From: Acidimicrobiia bacterium
Lineage (GTDB): Bacteria; Actinomycetota; Acidimicrobiia; Spongiisociales; UBA11373
Length of the DNA: 64,000 nt
Reading direction: 5' to 3'
NCBI GenBank assembly: GCA_040882645.1
Contig: JBBEAX010000085.1
Span: forward strand, 148,801-212,800
Every line of letters starts with the position of its first letter. Position 1 is the stretch's first letter. Shown here piece by piece: positions 10,243-20,500 of the stretch. A model generated the notes under the pieces. It did no database searches and was not told the origin of the DNA. It saw only the letters and a program-made list of their open reading frames with translations. The translations under genes were made by a program, and so were the position numbers.

Positions 10243-10913
10243 GGGGGAGGCGTCTTGTCCGGATAGGGGCACAGGTCGCGCAGGGGACACTCCCAACACC
10301 GGGGCTTGCGCGCCGAGCAGATATCCCGACCGAACTGGATCACCCGCATCGAGATCCCCGCCCACCGGGCCGGTGGATAGAGGCCCCGGAGATCCCCCTC
10401 GACCTTCACCGGATCGGTGGCCGCGGTCAATGCGAGGCGGCGAGCCACTCGCTTCACGTGAGTATCGACGGCGATGGCGGGTTTGCTCCATGCCTCGGCA
10501 AGCACCACGCTCGCCGTCTTCCGGCCGACACCTTTGAGTGTGACAAGGCGGCCGAGGTCGTCTGGCACCTCTCCATCGAACCGATCGATGAGATCCGCGC
10601 TCAGCGCGATGACCGCCCTGGTCTTCTGCCGGTAGAAGCCGGTCGAGTAGACCACCTGCTCGACTTCATCAGGGTCGGCGTTGGCCAGGTCGGCCGCCGT
10701 CGGCCACCGGGCAAACACCGCCGGGGTCACCCGATTGACGTTCTCATCGGTGGTCTGCGCACTCAGCACAGTGGCGACGAGCAACTGCCAGGGGTCTTCG
10801 TACTCGAGCGCCGTGCCGATATCGGGATAGCGACGCTGGAGTCGATTCAAGATCGTGCGTGCCCGGCGTCGCTCCGCGGCTTCGGCGACGGAGGGGGGAG
10901 AAGCGGGTGCCAT
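10239..10913 (-). CDS. nth: Endonuclease III
   Basis: HhH-GPD motif (LVTLKGVGRKTASVV), catalytic Lys/Asp, and C-terminal 4Fe-4S cluster CxxxxxxCxxCxxxxxC. Confidence 0.9.
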   Translation of the reverse strand: MAPASPPSVAEAAERRRARTILNRLQRRYPDIGTALEYEDPWQLLVATVLSAQTTDENVNRVTPAVFARWPTAADLANADPDEVEQVVYSTGFYRQKTRAVIALSADLIDRFDGEVPDDLGRLVTLKGVGRKTASVVLAEAWSKPAIAVDTHVKRVARRLALTAATDPVKVEGDLRGLYPPARWAGISMRVIQFGRDICSARKPRCWECPLRDLCPYPDKTPPP

Positions 10914-10994
10914 CGGCGGCGATGGTACCGATGCCGCCCTCCCCCCCTCAGTGACCCTGCGGGTGCCGAAATGGGCGAGACCGACCAGACGCCA

Positions 10995-11087
10995 AGAGGG
11001 TCAGCGAATGGACTCGCCCCGGGATCAGGTTTCGGCTTGCCGCAATCCGCAACCTGATGGAGTCAGCGATCCATTCGCTGACCCTCT
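10995..11087 (+). other. Structured RNA-like element: 17-bp perfect inverted repeat (agagggtcagcgaatgg / ccattcgctgaccctct) enclosing a nested 8-bp hairpin (atcaggtt / aacctgat)
   Basis: Read directly from the sequence. It lies in the divergent region between nth and the downstream membrane-protein gene. Confidence 0.4.
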
Positions 11088-11184
11088 AACCTCGGTGACC
11101 AGTTCCCTTGCCGTCCCCGGAGCCCAATTGCAGCCGCAGCATCGCCCACCGCCCACGACCCTGGCGTTTCACGCCTCGCGAATC

Positions 11185-11901
11185 GTGATCGATGTCGGAG
11201 TGCTCCTGGCGATGGCCTCGCTGAGCTTCGCGTTCGTGACTTCTCCGAGCGGCAACCGAACCGCGCTGCAGGCTGATGCACTGCCCGCGGTCGCCCTTCT
11301 TCTCCCCATTTTCCTCATCACCCTGCTCCCCGACCACACGCGGCCGCTCCCCCGCCCGCTGTCGTGGGCCTCGCTCGTCCTCGGCCTGGCGGCCTTCCCC
11401 TACGCGATCGTCAAGCATCTCGATGCCTCGGTCCTCGCGGACACCCTGGGGGGCTCGGTCGGCATCGGCGCCCGCCTCTTGGTGTTCGGAACTTTCGTCA
11501 CTCTGGTCGGTATCGGCGTCGGGCTCACCCGCACCTTTCTCGGCTTGCCAACTGGTGCGGATCCGTCGCGGCTGCACTCGGCGCAGACGGCCAGGTCCCG
11601 GCCTGCCGCCGCCGAGAAGGCCGCCGCGGCTCGGCCCGCCCGGGCAGAGACCGAGCGGGGCGCTGATCCGCCGCGGCCAGCTTCGGCGGATCCGAGCCCT
11701 GCCCCCCCGAGCCCCAGCCGGACACCGCAGCGACGCGAGCCGGAAGTCAGCCCGTTCGGGGAACCGCTGTTCGACTCTCTAGAGATCCCGGCATTTCTTG
11801 AGTCCGTCGACACTGACAACGACGGCACGCTGATCTTTGATGCTGAGCCCGCCAGCGACAGGGCCGCCGATGACGACGCCGACCGGCACCGCGAGGACTG
11901 A
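11185..11901 (+). CDS. Hypothetical membrane protein with a Pro/Ala-rich acidic C-terminal tail
   Basis: Four or more TM helices, then a disordered tail (PAAAEKAAAARPARAE...DTDNDGTLIFDAEP). Start chosen at the GTG at 11185, downstream of the hairpin. The ORF track's 10855 start overlaps nth and the hairpin. Confidence 0.4.
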   Translation: MIDVGVLLAMASLSFAFVTSPSGNRTALQADALPAVALLLPIFLITLLPDHTRPLPRPLSWASLVLGLAAFPYAIVKHLDASVLADTLGGSVGIGARLLVFGTFVTLVGIGVGLTRTFLGLPTGADPSRLHSAQTARSRPAAAEKAAAARPARAETERGADPPRPASADPSPAPPSPSRTPQRREPEVSPFGEPLFDSLEIPAFLESVDTDNDGTLIFDAEPASDRAADDDADRHRED

Positions 11902-11943
11902 CCGGTTGATTCCCCGGACGAAACCGCTCCGGGCCGGCTGAAC

Positions 11944-12321
11944 ATGCACCCTCACCGCCCGTTAGTGCTCGCAGGTGCAGTGTTCGGGGTGCTCGCGCTC
12001 TTTCTTCCCTTCGCCAGGCTGCCGGTGCTCGGAGCGATCGACGGCATCGCCGGTGACGGGTGGCCCGCAGTGGTGATAGCCGCCCCCGTGGTGGTCAAGG
12101 CGGCCTGGGGCGACTGGAGCCGCGGTAACTCCCCGGTGATCGGGATCATGCTGACGATGGTTGGCTGTCTTGCCACTGTGTTCGCCGCGGTGAAGTTGAC
12201 GGACGCCATTCACGCCGTAAGGGGTCTAGAGGGTGCGGCGCTCGGACCAGGCGCTCCCCTCCTGGTGGGGGCGATGGCACTCGTGGCGGCCGGAGCGGCG
12301 ATCTCCCTCTGGCGGCCCTGA
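11944..12321 (+). CDS. Small hypothetical membrane protein
   Basis: 125 aa, 4 TM helices, good GC3. It is 5 nt upstream of the EamA gene. Confidence 0.4.
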   Translation: MHPHRPLVLAGAVFGVLALFLPFARLPVLGAIDGIAGDGWPAVVIAAPVVVKAAWGDWSRGNSPVIGIMLTMVGCLATVFAAVKLTDAIHAVRGLEGAALGPGAPLLVGAMALVAAGAAISLWRP

Positions 12322-12326
12322 CGGCC

Positions 12327-13211
12327 ATGGTTACTCGACGGCCTGTCGTGGCGTATGTCGCGCTGGCGACGGCATCCCTTTTGTTCGGGGTCACCTTCGT
12401 GGTGGTCAAGGACGCGGTCGAGATCGTCCCGCCGCTGAGCTTCGTGGGATGGAGGTTCCTTCTTGGAGCAAGTCTGCTTTTCGCGATCCGACTCCCCACG
12501 GGGCGGCGGCTCTGGCGCGACGGCTCGATCGCCGGCGTCCTGTTGTTCACCGGGTACGCCCTGCAGACACAGGGATTGACGGCCACATCGGCTTCGAACT
12601 CGGGGCTGGTGACCGGCCTCTACGTCGTCCTTACACCGCTGCTCGCGGCGGCCGTCAGTCGGCGCGCCCCGCGCGGCATCGTTCTCGCGGGGGCGGCGCT
12701 GGCCGTCTGCGGATTCGGCGTGCTGACGATCGCCGACGGCTTTCGACTCGAGGCAGGCGACGCCTACACGGCGGGGTGCGCCGTCGCTTTCGCCGCTCAT
12801 ATCGTCTTCCTGGCACGAAGCGCCCACCGACACCCGGTCCTCTCGTTCACCGGCGTGCAGCTGGCTGTCACTGCCGTGCTCGGCCTTGCCGCCTCCGGGC
12901 TCGTGGAGGGAGTCGGCACACCACCTCGAGCGTCGTGGGCGGCTATCGCGATCACCGGCATCCTCGTCAGCGCCGGAGCCTTCTACCTGCAGGTGTGGAG
13001 TCAGACCGTGGTGGGGCCCTCGAGGACCGCGATCGTGCTGGCGCTCGAACCGGCGTTCGCGGCACTGTCCGGTGCGGTGCTGCTCGGCGACCGCCTCGGG
13101 GGGCGCGGCCTGGTGGGGGCCGCGCTCATCCTTGGAGGGATCTATGTCGTCCTCGCTGGCACCGGCCCTGAAGACGACCTGGAGACCATCGCAATCGGCG
13201 CCCCCCACTGA
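12327..13211 (+). CDS. EamA/DMT-family transporter
   Basis: 294 aa, 10 TM helices, duplicated EamA-domain pattern. Confidence 0.75.
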   Translation: MVTRRPVVAYVALATASLLFGVTFVVVKDAVEIVPPLSFVGWRFLLGASLLFAIRLPTGRRLWRDGSIAGVLLFTGYALQTQGLTATSASNSGLVTGLYVVLTPLLAAAVSRRAPRGIVLAGAALAVCGFGVLTIADGFRLEAGDAYTAGCAVAFAAHIVFLARSAHRHPVLSFTGVQLAVTAVLGLAASGLVEGVGTPPRASWAAIAITGILVSAGAFYLQVWSQTVVGPSRTAIVLALEPAFAALSGAVLLGDRLGGRGLVGAALILGGIYVVLAGTGPEDDLETIAIGAPH

Positions 13212-13217
13212 CAGGCG

Positions 13218-13553
13218 TCACGGGCGATGCGGTTTGCGGCCAAATTCCGCCGCCGCACCCTCGGCCTCGCGTCGTTGCTCCATTAGAGACCGAATATGAA
13301 AGGCTGCTCTGAGCAGCATCAGCAGGAGGAAGAGCACCACGACGAGCAACCCGACCAACTCCGGGCCGTCGAAGTATGAGGTGCGGCAGGATCCGAGACC
13401 CTCGGTACACAGCCCGAGGCCGTCCCCCCCTCCGGCAAGATCCAGCAGGGCGAACATCGGCACCAGGGCGATCAGCACGATTGCCCCGATGACGATCCCG
13501 ATCACGATCCGGATGCCGGTCACTTCGGGGACGGTATCAGCCTGCGGCCACAA
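13218..13553 (-). CDS. Small hypothetical membrane protein
   Basis: 111 aa, two hydrophobic helices. Convergent with the EamA gene. Confidence 0.3.
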   Translation of the reverse strand: MWPQADTVPEVTGIRIVIGIVIGAIVLIALVPMFALLDLAGGGDGLGLCTEGLGSCRTSYFDGPELVGLLVVVLFLLLMLLRAAFHIRSLMEQRREAEGAAAEFGRKPHRP

Positions 13554-13637
13554 GCTTCTCCTTCATCGGCGGCTCACTTGCCCCACCGTCGGCCGCGGTG
13601 ATACCGTCGCAGCGGTGGCAAATTACACGGGTGTGAG

Positions 13638-15314
13638 ATGACTGCGACGACCAGGAACCCGGTTGGGGCCCTGCCCCCGGTCGGGTACCACACGGAGACG
13701 TTTACACCCGACGAGACGGCGGTGCTTGCACGCTTCTTCACCAACACCTCCGAGCCGGTGTTCGGCCTCATCAATCTCCCCGAAGTCGTCAAGGGCGCAC
13801 TGTTCGCCCGCTACAGCCGCTCCCCCAAGTCGGTGAGGCGACTGTTTCTCGATGAGTTCTACGACGCCCCCGAGGTGGGGATCGCAGCGATAGCCGAGGG
13901 TCTCGAAGGCGACCACGAGCGGATCAAGTTGAGTCGAGCCGAGGACCTCTACAACCGGGTCTTCACGCAGTACGGTGACGATTCTGTGGCGCAGCTGGGC
14001 GGGGTGCACCTCGCCTGCGAGCAGGCCTCCAACGTCCTCACCAAGGTCCTCGAACGAGGCCGACTGGCGGCGTATCTGGAACAGAGCACGCGTTACATGT
14101 TCTACGACCAACGGCTCGGCGGGCGCTACCGGTTTCTCATCCCCCCAGAGGTCGCCACCTCTCCGCTGGCAGCGGAGTACTCGGCCACGATGGAGCGCCT
14201 GTTCGACACCTACGCCGGGCTGACCGAGCGGCTGACCGCGTACTACGAGTCGTTGTTCCCCAAGTCATCAGATGACTCCGACTTCGTCTACCGGTCGACC
14301 ATCAGGGCGAGGGTCTGTGACGATCTGCGGGGCTTGCTACCCGCGGCCACCCTGTCGAACGTCGGAATCTACGGCACGGGACAGGCTTACGAGATGCTGC
14401 TGCTCCGTATGCGGGCCAACCCAACCGCCGAGGTGCGCCAGGTGGCCGACCGGATGCTTACCGAGCTACGCAAGCTGATACCCGCGTTCCTCGTCCGGGT
14501 CGACAATCCGGAACGCGGCGGGGCGTGGAGTCGATACCTCGAGGACACCGCAGCCCGGATGCGGGCGGTGGCTGGAGAGATCTCCGAGCCGGTACCGGCG
14601 CGCCCCGAGGTGACCCTGGTCGAGTGGGATTCCGATGCCGAGACCAAGATCGCCGCGGCCGCTCTCTATTCCTATACCGATCTGCCGGACGACCGCCTCC
14701 TCGAGATGGCGCGGCAAATGACGGCGGAGGATCGTGCGAGGGTCATCGCCGCCTATGTGGGCGAACGCGAGAACCGCCGCCACAAGCCCGGTAGAGGGAT
14801 GGAGCGGGTCGCCTACCGGTTCGACATCCTGTGCGACTACGGCATCTTCCGTGATCTCCAACGCCATCGGATGCTCACCCTCGACTGGCAGCGCCTCGGA
14901 ACTCTCCACGGGTACGTGGTGCCTGAGTCCATCATCGACGTCGAGGCGGAAGGGGCGTGGCACGAAGCAATGGCCCGTGCTGAGGCGCTCCACGGGGAGA
15001 TGGTGTCATCGCTCGGAGCCGAACTCGCCCAATACGCGGTGCCGTTCGCGTACCGCATTCGATTCTTCATGCACCTCAACGCCCGCGAGGCGTTCCACCT
15101 TCTCGAATTGCGGACTGCCGAGGGCGGGCACCCCGACTACCGCCGGGTCTGCCAGGAGATGCATCGGTTGATCCGTGATCAGGCGGGGCATCGGGCCGTC
15201 GCCGATGCCATGCGCTTCGTCGATCATGGCGACCACGGGCTGGGCCGCCTCGCCACCGAGCGCCGGGCGGCAGCCAAGCGAGCCGCGGCTGGAGTCGCCG
15301 ATCCTGACGACTGA
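13638..15314 (+). CDS. Tandem-domain ThyX-fold protein (FAD-dependent thymidylate synthase family, both halves with altered catalytic motifs)
   Basis: The N-half has FARYSRS (compare ARVSF), ERGRLAAYLEQSTRY (compare RHRIASYNELSGRY) and ARVCDDLRGLLPAATLSN...EMLLLRMRANPTAEVRQ (compare R.VLPL.LYT...LRADSHAQWEI). The C-half repeats the fold with LQRHRMLTLDWQRLG and AVPFAYRIRFFMHLNAREAFHLLELR. Confidence 0.6.
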   Translation: MTATTRNPVGALPPVGYHTETFTPDETAVLARFFTNTSEPVFGLINLPEVVKGALFARYSRSPKSVRRLFLDEFYDAPEVGIAAIAEGLEGDHERIKLSRAEDLYNRVFTQYGDDSVAQLGGVHLACEQASNVLTKVLERGRLAAYLEQSTRYMFYDQRLGGRYRFLIPPEVATSPLAAEYSATMERLFDTYAGLTERLTAYYESLFPKSSDDSDFVYRSTIRARVCDDLRGLLPAATLSNVGIYGTGQAYEMLLLRMRANPTAEVRQVADRMLTELRKLIPAFLVRVDNPERGGAWSRYLEDTAARMRAVAGEISEPVPARPEVTLVEWDSDAETKIAAAALYSYTDLPDDRLLEMARQMTAEDRARVIAAYVGERENRRHKPGRGMERVAYRFDILCDYGIFRDLQRHRMLTLDWQRLGTLHGYVVPESIIDVEAEGAWHEAMARAEALHGEMVSSLGAELAQYAVPFAYRIRFFMHLNAREAFHLLELRTAEGGHPDYRRVCQEMHRLIRDQAGHRAVADAMRFVDHGDHGLGRLATERRAAAKRAAAGVADPDD

Positions 15315-15368
15315 CGGGGATGAGGCGATCGGGGTTCTAGGCTTGAGACCCAGACCGGAGTTGGGACG

Positions 15369-15590
15369 ATGGCGACATTCGACGTAGATGCCTTCAAGGA
15401 GCGCTTTCGGCGACGGGCCGAGGCCGTCAAAGAGCGCGGTGTTCCCCCGCTCGAAGGTGAAGCCCGTCGCAAGTTCCTCGCCGGGGCGCAACAGGACTTC
15501 GTCGACTATTCGCTCGTCGCCGACGCCGACGTCTCGGTCGAGGACGACGCGCTGGTGCTGCGAGTCCCCCTCGGCGACCAAACCGGATAG
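15369..15590 (+). CDS. Small conserved hypothetical protein (73 aa), co-operonic with the ArsA-like ATPases
   Basis: Strong GC3 bias. 55 nt after the ThyX-like gene and 16 nt before the first ArsA-like gene. Confidence 0.45.
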   Translation: MATFDVDAFKERFRRRAEAVKERGVPPLEGEARRKFLAGAQQDFVDYSLVADADVSVEDDALVLRVPLGDQTG

Positions 15591-15605
15591 CCCCACCTCT
15601 TTCGC

Positions 15606-16454
15606 ATGCTCGAACGGCGCCTCCTCATCGTCACCGGCAAGGGTGGGGCGGGCCGGAGCGCGCTGAGCGCCGCCGCCGCCCTCCACGCGGCGAAGCACGG
15701 CAGGCAGGTGCTCGCGATCGGCATGACCGACGCCACCGGCCTCGGTTCCCACCTCCGGGTGCCCGTGCTGGGGCCGCAGCCCGTGCTGGTGCGGCCCGGG
15801 CTTCACGCGCTGGCGGTCGATCCTGCGGCCGCCCTCGACGAGTATCTGAGGCTCCGCCTCAAGGTCCCTCGCTTTGGGCCGGCCACGCGGGCGTTTCGAG
15901 TGCTCGCGGAAACGGTGCCCGGAATCCGGGACACCGTGGTCATGGGCAAGATCCTCTTCGAGGCGACTCGCGACCGCTGGGATCTCGTGGTGGCCGACGC
16001 CCCTCCCACCGGGCAGGTCATGTCCTACCTGCGCGCTCCGGCGACGATCGAGTCGCTGGTCCCGCGGGGAAGAGTCAAAGAACAGGCCAGTTGGATGCGC
16101 ATGACCCTGCATGACCCCGAAGTGACCGGTCTGATGATCACAGCCACCCCCGAAGAACTGCCCGTTGCCGAAACGAACGAGACGCTGGTCGCCCTGGCCG
16201 CCGAGGGCTTGATGGAAGCCACCGGGGTGGTTGCCAACCGCGTCCTGCCGCCCCTCGCCATCCCCCCGGAACGCATCGCCCGGGAGCCTGCCGGGTCCCG
16301 GCGTGACGCCGCCACGCTCCACCTCCAGGTGGAGACGGCACAGCGAGTTCATCTCGACCGGCTCAAACCCGACATGAGGTTTCCGTTGCTCTTCGGGCTG
16401 CGCACTCCCGGCGAAGTGGCAAGTCGGCTCTCGGAGCTCTGGGGAGACGAATGA
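15606..16454 (+). CDS. ArsA/Get3-family ATPase paralogue with degenerate Walker A (GKGGAGRS)
   Basis: LIVTGKGGAGRS in place of GKGGVGKT. The rest of the fold is conserved. ATGA overlap with the next gene. Confidence 0.7.
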   Translation: MLERRLLIVTGKGGAGRSALSAAAALHAAKHGRQVLAIGMTDATGLGSHLRVPVLGPQPVLVRPGLHALAVDPAAALDEYLRLRLKVPRFGPATRAFRVLAETVPGIRDTVVMGKILFEATRDRWDLVVADAPPTGQVMSYLRAPATIESLVPRGRVKEQASWMRMTLHDPEVTGLMITATPEELPVAETNETLVALAAEGLMEATGVVANRVLPPLAIPPERIAREPAGSRRDAATLHLQVETAQRVHLDRLKPDMRFPLLFGLRTPGEVASRLSELWGDE

Positions 16455-17479
16455 CCGCGATCGTGCTGGTGGTGGGCGCCGGAGGAGTCGGCAAGACGAC
16501 CATGGCCGCGGCGATCGCCGCCGCCGCCGCTCGCGACGGGGTAAACACCCTCGTGCTCACGGTGGATCCAGCCCGGCGCCTGGCGGATGCCCTGGGGTTG
16601 GAACTGGGAAACCACCCCACGCCGGTCCCCGGTGTCGATGGCCTGGCGGCGGCCATGCTCGACGCCGCGGCCTCCTGGGAGGCAATCGTCCGCACCCACG
16701 CCAGCGGCCCCGTCGCCGACCGGCTGGTCGCCAACCCGCTGTTTCGCGCCGTGGCCGACCGGTTCCCGTCGGGTCAGGCATACGCCGCGGCCGAGGAGAT
16801 GACCACCCACGCCGACTCGGGGGTCTGGGACCTGGTGGTGGTGGACACCCCACCGTCCTCCGGTGGAATCGACTTCTTGGCATCGCCACAACGGATGAGA
16901 GCACTGGTGGCCGGCCGGGCGCTTCGTTGGCTCACCGGGCCCAAGCTCCCCGGCAAGCGAGCCGTCTACTCCTTCACCGCCCGGCCGGCGCTTCGCCTCG
17001 CCGATGCCGTGCTGGGTGGTCCTCTGCTGGAAGACGTGGCCGAATTTCTGCTCGATCTGCGCGAAACCTATGACGGCATCTCCAAGCGGTCGCGGCAGGT
17101 GGAAACAACGTTGCGAAGGGCAACGGCAGTGATCGTGACCACGGCCGATCCAACCCCGGTTCGGGAGATGGTCCGGTTCTTCGACGAGTTGCCGTCGTGG
17201 GCCGGGCGGCCCCGGGCAGTCGTGTTCAACAGGGCGCTGCCCGCCGCCTGGGCTCACGCCATCACCGACCCCGACGACGCTCTCGATGCGAATCTGGCGC
17301 GCTGGGGACTCGAGGCCGCCCGGCAGCAGGATATTCGGACGGAGATCGCGCTTCGCCATGGGCTCATCCCCATCGTGGTCCCCTGGCTTCCGGAGATGCC
17401 GGCCGACCCCGCGGCCCTGGCCGCCGTCGCCGAGCAGGCAGGAGGTCTCGATCTGAAGAGCATCGGCCTGATTCGGTGA
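16451..17479 (+). CDS. ArsA/Get3-family ATPase (intact Walker A GAGGVGKTT)
   Basis: VVGAGGVGKTTMAAAIA plus a VVDTPP switch-like motif. Translationally coupled to the upstream paralogue. Confidence 0.8.
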   Translation: MTAIVLVVGAGGVGKTTMAAAIAAAAARDGVNTLVLTVDPARRLADALGLELGNHPTPVPGVDGLAAAMLDAAASWEAIVRTHASGPVADRLVANPLFRAVADRFPSGQAYAAAEEMTTHADSGVWDLVVVDTPPSSGGIDFLASPQRMRALVAGRALRWLTGPKLPGKRAVYSFTARPALRLADAVLGGPLLEDVAEFLLDLRETYDGISKRSRQVETTLRRATAVIVTTADPTPVREMVRFFDELPSWAGRPRAVVFNRALPAAWAHAITDPDDALDANLARWGLEAARQQDIRTEIALRHGLIPIVVPWLPEMPADPAALAAVAEQAGGLDLKSIGLIR

Positions 17480-17534
17480 GCGAAGCGCTCTAGGGGGGTG
17501 AGCGAATAGGTCGCTGCCTAGGTGAGCACGTTGC

Positions 17535-20500
17535 CTAGGTGAGCACAGAATCGGCGCCCAACAGGGCCCGCAGCTCTGCGTATAGAGAGGTCCTCGCCTC
17601 CACCGTGTGCTCAGGGCCGAGCCGGACCACCTTTTCGGCGGGCTTGCCTTCGAGGTGCAAGTAGACCGGCGTCGGCCCCGGATGGTTCGAAAGCACCTCC
17701 TTGAGTCGATTCACCAGGGTCACCGACATCCGCTGAGCGGCGACCCGGAGACGTACGACGCGCTCGGCATCGATGTCGGGCTCGTGAATCTTCTGGGCAA
17801 TGAACTTGAGGCTGTCGCCCCGCTGATCGACCCGCCCGGCCACCACCAGGACCGCGTCGTCACGTACCAACGGCCCGGCCTCGGCGACCGTCCGGGGAAA
17901 CGCCAGCACCTCGACGCTCCCCTCCAGATCCTCCAGCGTGAAATAGAGCATCAACTCACCGGCGCGGGTGTAGCGGCGGGTGACCGCGCTGACGATTCCG
18001 GCGATGCTGGCGACGGTGCCGTCGCGGTGATCCTCGAGTCCGGCGATCGAAGTGGTCGCCAGCGCCTTGAGTGCGGTCTCGATCCCGAACAACGGATGAT
18101 CCGACACGTAGAGGCCGAGCATTTCCTTCTCGAACTGGAGCTTCACCTTCTTGTCCCACTCCATGTCGGGGATATCGATGACCCCGGAGTGGGTCGACGG
18201 CTCCTCCGCCCCGAACAACGAGAACTGCCCCATGTCTTCGGCCCGCCGCCGGGTGACCACCGCTTCGATCATTTGCTCGTGCACCGCCATCAGCCCTTTG
18301 CGGGGGGCGCCGGTGGAATCGAACGCGCCCGCCTTGATCAGTGATTCGATGGTGCGCTTGTTCAGAACCGACAGGTCGACCCGGTCGATGAAGTCCTGGA
18401 ACGATTCATAGAGGCCGTTCTTGCGGCGCTCTTCGGTGATCAACTCGACCACCCCCTCACCGACGTTGCGAATCGCCGACAGGCCGAAGGGCACTGCCCC
18501 GTCCCGGGCCACGAAGTCCGATTCCGACGCGTTCACATCGGGCACGAGCACTCGCACGCCCATCGCCCGGCACTCGTTGAGGTACACGGCCGTCCGGTCC
18601 TTGTCGCGCTTGGCCGAGGTGAGCAGCGCAGCCATGTACTCGGCGGGATAGTGCGCCTTGAGCCACGCGGTCTGATAGGCGATCAGCCCGTAGCCGACCG
18701 CGTGGGGCTTGTTGAAGCCGTATCCGGAGAAATGGGCGATCAGGTCGAAGAGCTCCTTGCCCAGCTCTCGTGGATGTCCCTCCGCGATGCAGCCCTCGAT
18801 GAACTGCTGCTCCTGCTCGGTCATCACCGACGCGATCTTCTTGCCCATCGCCTTGCGCAGGCTGTCCGCCTCCTCCATCGAGTAGCCGGCGATCAGCGCG
18901 GCCACCTGCATGACCTGCTCCTGATACACGATGATCCCGTAGGTGTCGCCGAGCACCTCCGCCAGGGCAGGGTGGAGATGGCCGATGGCGACCCTGCCGT
19001 TCTTTCGATCTGCATAGAGGTTGTGGGTTCCTGCACCCATCGGCCCGGGCCGGTAGAGCGACAGCAGGGCGACGATGTCGTTGAACCGGTCCGGCTGGAG
19101 GTTGCGCATGAGCGACCGCATCCCCGACCCCTCCAACTGAAAGACGCCCATCGAGTCGCCGCGTGAGAGCATCTCGTAGACACTCGGGTCGTCGAGGGGC
19201 ACGCCGTCGATGTCGGGCCGTTCACCCCGCGTTTCCTGAATCAGTTCGAGGCATCGCTCGATCGTCGAGAGGTTTCTCAGCCCGAGGAAGTCCATCTTCA
19301 GCAACCCGAGGCGCTCGATGGCATGCATCTCGAACTGGGTGACGACCTCGGCGTCCTCGCCCTTCTGCTGGATGGGCACGATGTCCGTGAGCGGGTCTGG
19401 GGTGATCACCACCGCAGCAGCATGGATCGAGTCCTGACGGCGCAACCCTTCCAGTCCCAGGGCCGTGTCGATCACCCGACGGGCATCAGGGTCGGAGGCA
19501 TACATCTCGCGCAACCCCGAGGCATTGGCGTGGGAGTCCCGGAGACCAGAGTCGGCGTCGTCGGGCAGATCGTCCAGGCACTGCGCCAGGCTCGCCTCCC
19601 GGCCGAGGATGGGGGGAGGCATCGCCTTGGCGGTGCGGTCGCCCACCGCGTAGGGATAGCCGAGAACCCGGGCGGCGTCGCGCACGGCCTGGCGGCCCTT
19701 GATGGTCGAGAAGGTGATGATCTGGGCGACATGGTCGCTGCCGTATCGCTCCGAGGCGTATCGGATCATCTCGGCGCGGTAGCGCTCGTCGAAGTCCATG
19801 TCGATGTCGGGCATCTCCCGCCGACCGGGGTTGAGGAATCGTTCGAAGATGAGCCCGTACGCGATCGGATCGAGATCGGTGATGCGTAGGCAATAGGAGA
19901 CGATCGACCCCCCCGCTGATCCCCGTCCGGGACCCACCCTGATCCCCTGCTCGCGGGCATGACGTATCAGGTCCCAGACGATCAAGAAGTAGGCGGGGAA
20001 GCCCATATCGTCGATCACCCGCAACTCGTACTCGATCCGGTCACGGATCTCGGTCGTCAGCGAATCCCCGTAGCGGAACCGGGCACCCTCCTCGACCAGG
20101 TCGCGGAGGTAGGCGTTCTCGGTGCGCCCGGCGGGCACCGGGAAGTGCGGCAGGAGGATGTTGCCGAAATCCATCGCGACGTCGGCCCGCTCGACGACGA
20201 GAAGGGTGTTGTCACAGGCTCCAGGAAAATCCTCGTCGGGGAACAGGCCGCGCATCTCGGCGGCGGTCTTCACGTAGTACCCCTCGCCCTGGAACGCGAA
20301 GCGGCCTTCATCACCCATCTGCGCTCCGGTTTGGATGCACAGCAGGGCGTCATGCGCCTCTGCCTCCTCGACCCGGCTGTAGTGGCAGTCGTTGGTGGCA
20401 AGCAGTGGTGCACCCAGTTCCTTGGCGATCGACAGGAGGTCGGGCAGCACCTTCCGCTGCGCCGGCACCCCATGGTCCATCACCTCGACGAAGAAGTTGT

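Noticed and set aside
10855-11184. Upstream portion of the 348-aa ORF (start at 10855)
   Set aside because: It would overlap the 5' end of nth on the opposite strand and run through the 93-nt perfect hairpin. A downstream GTG/ATG start after the structure is more plausible.
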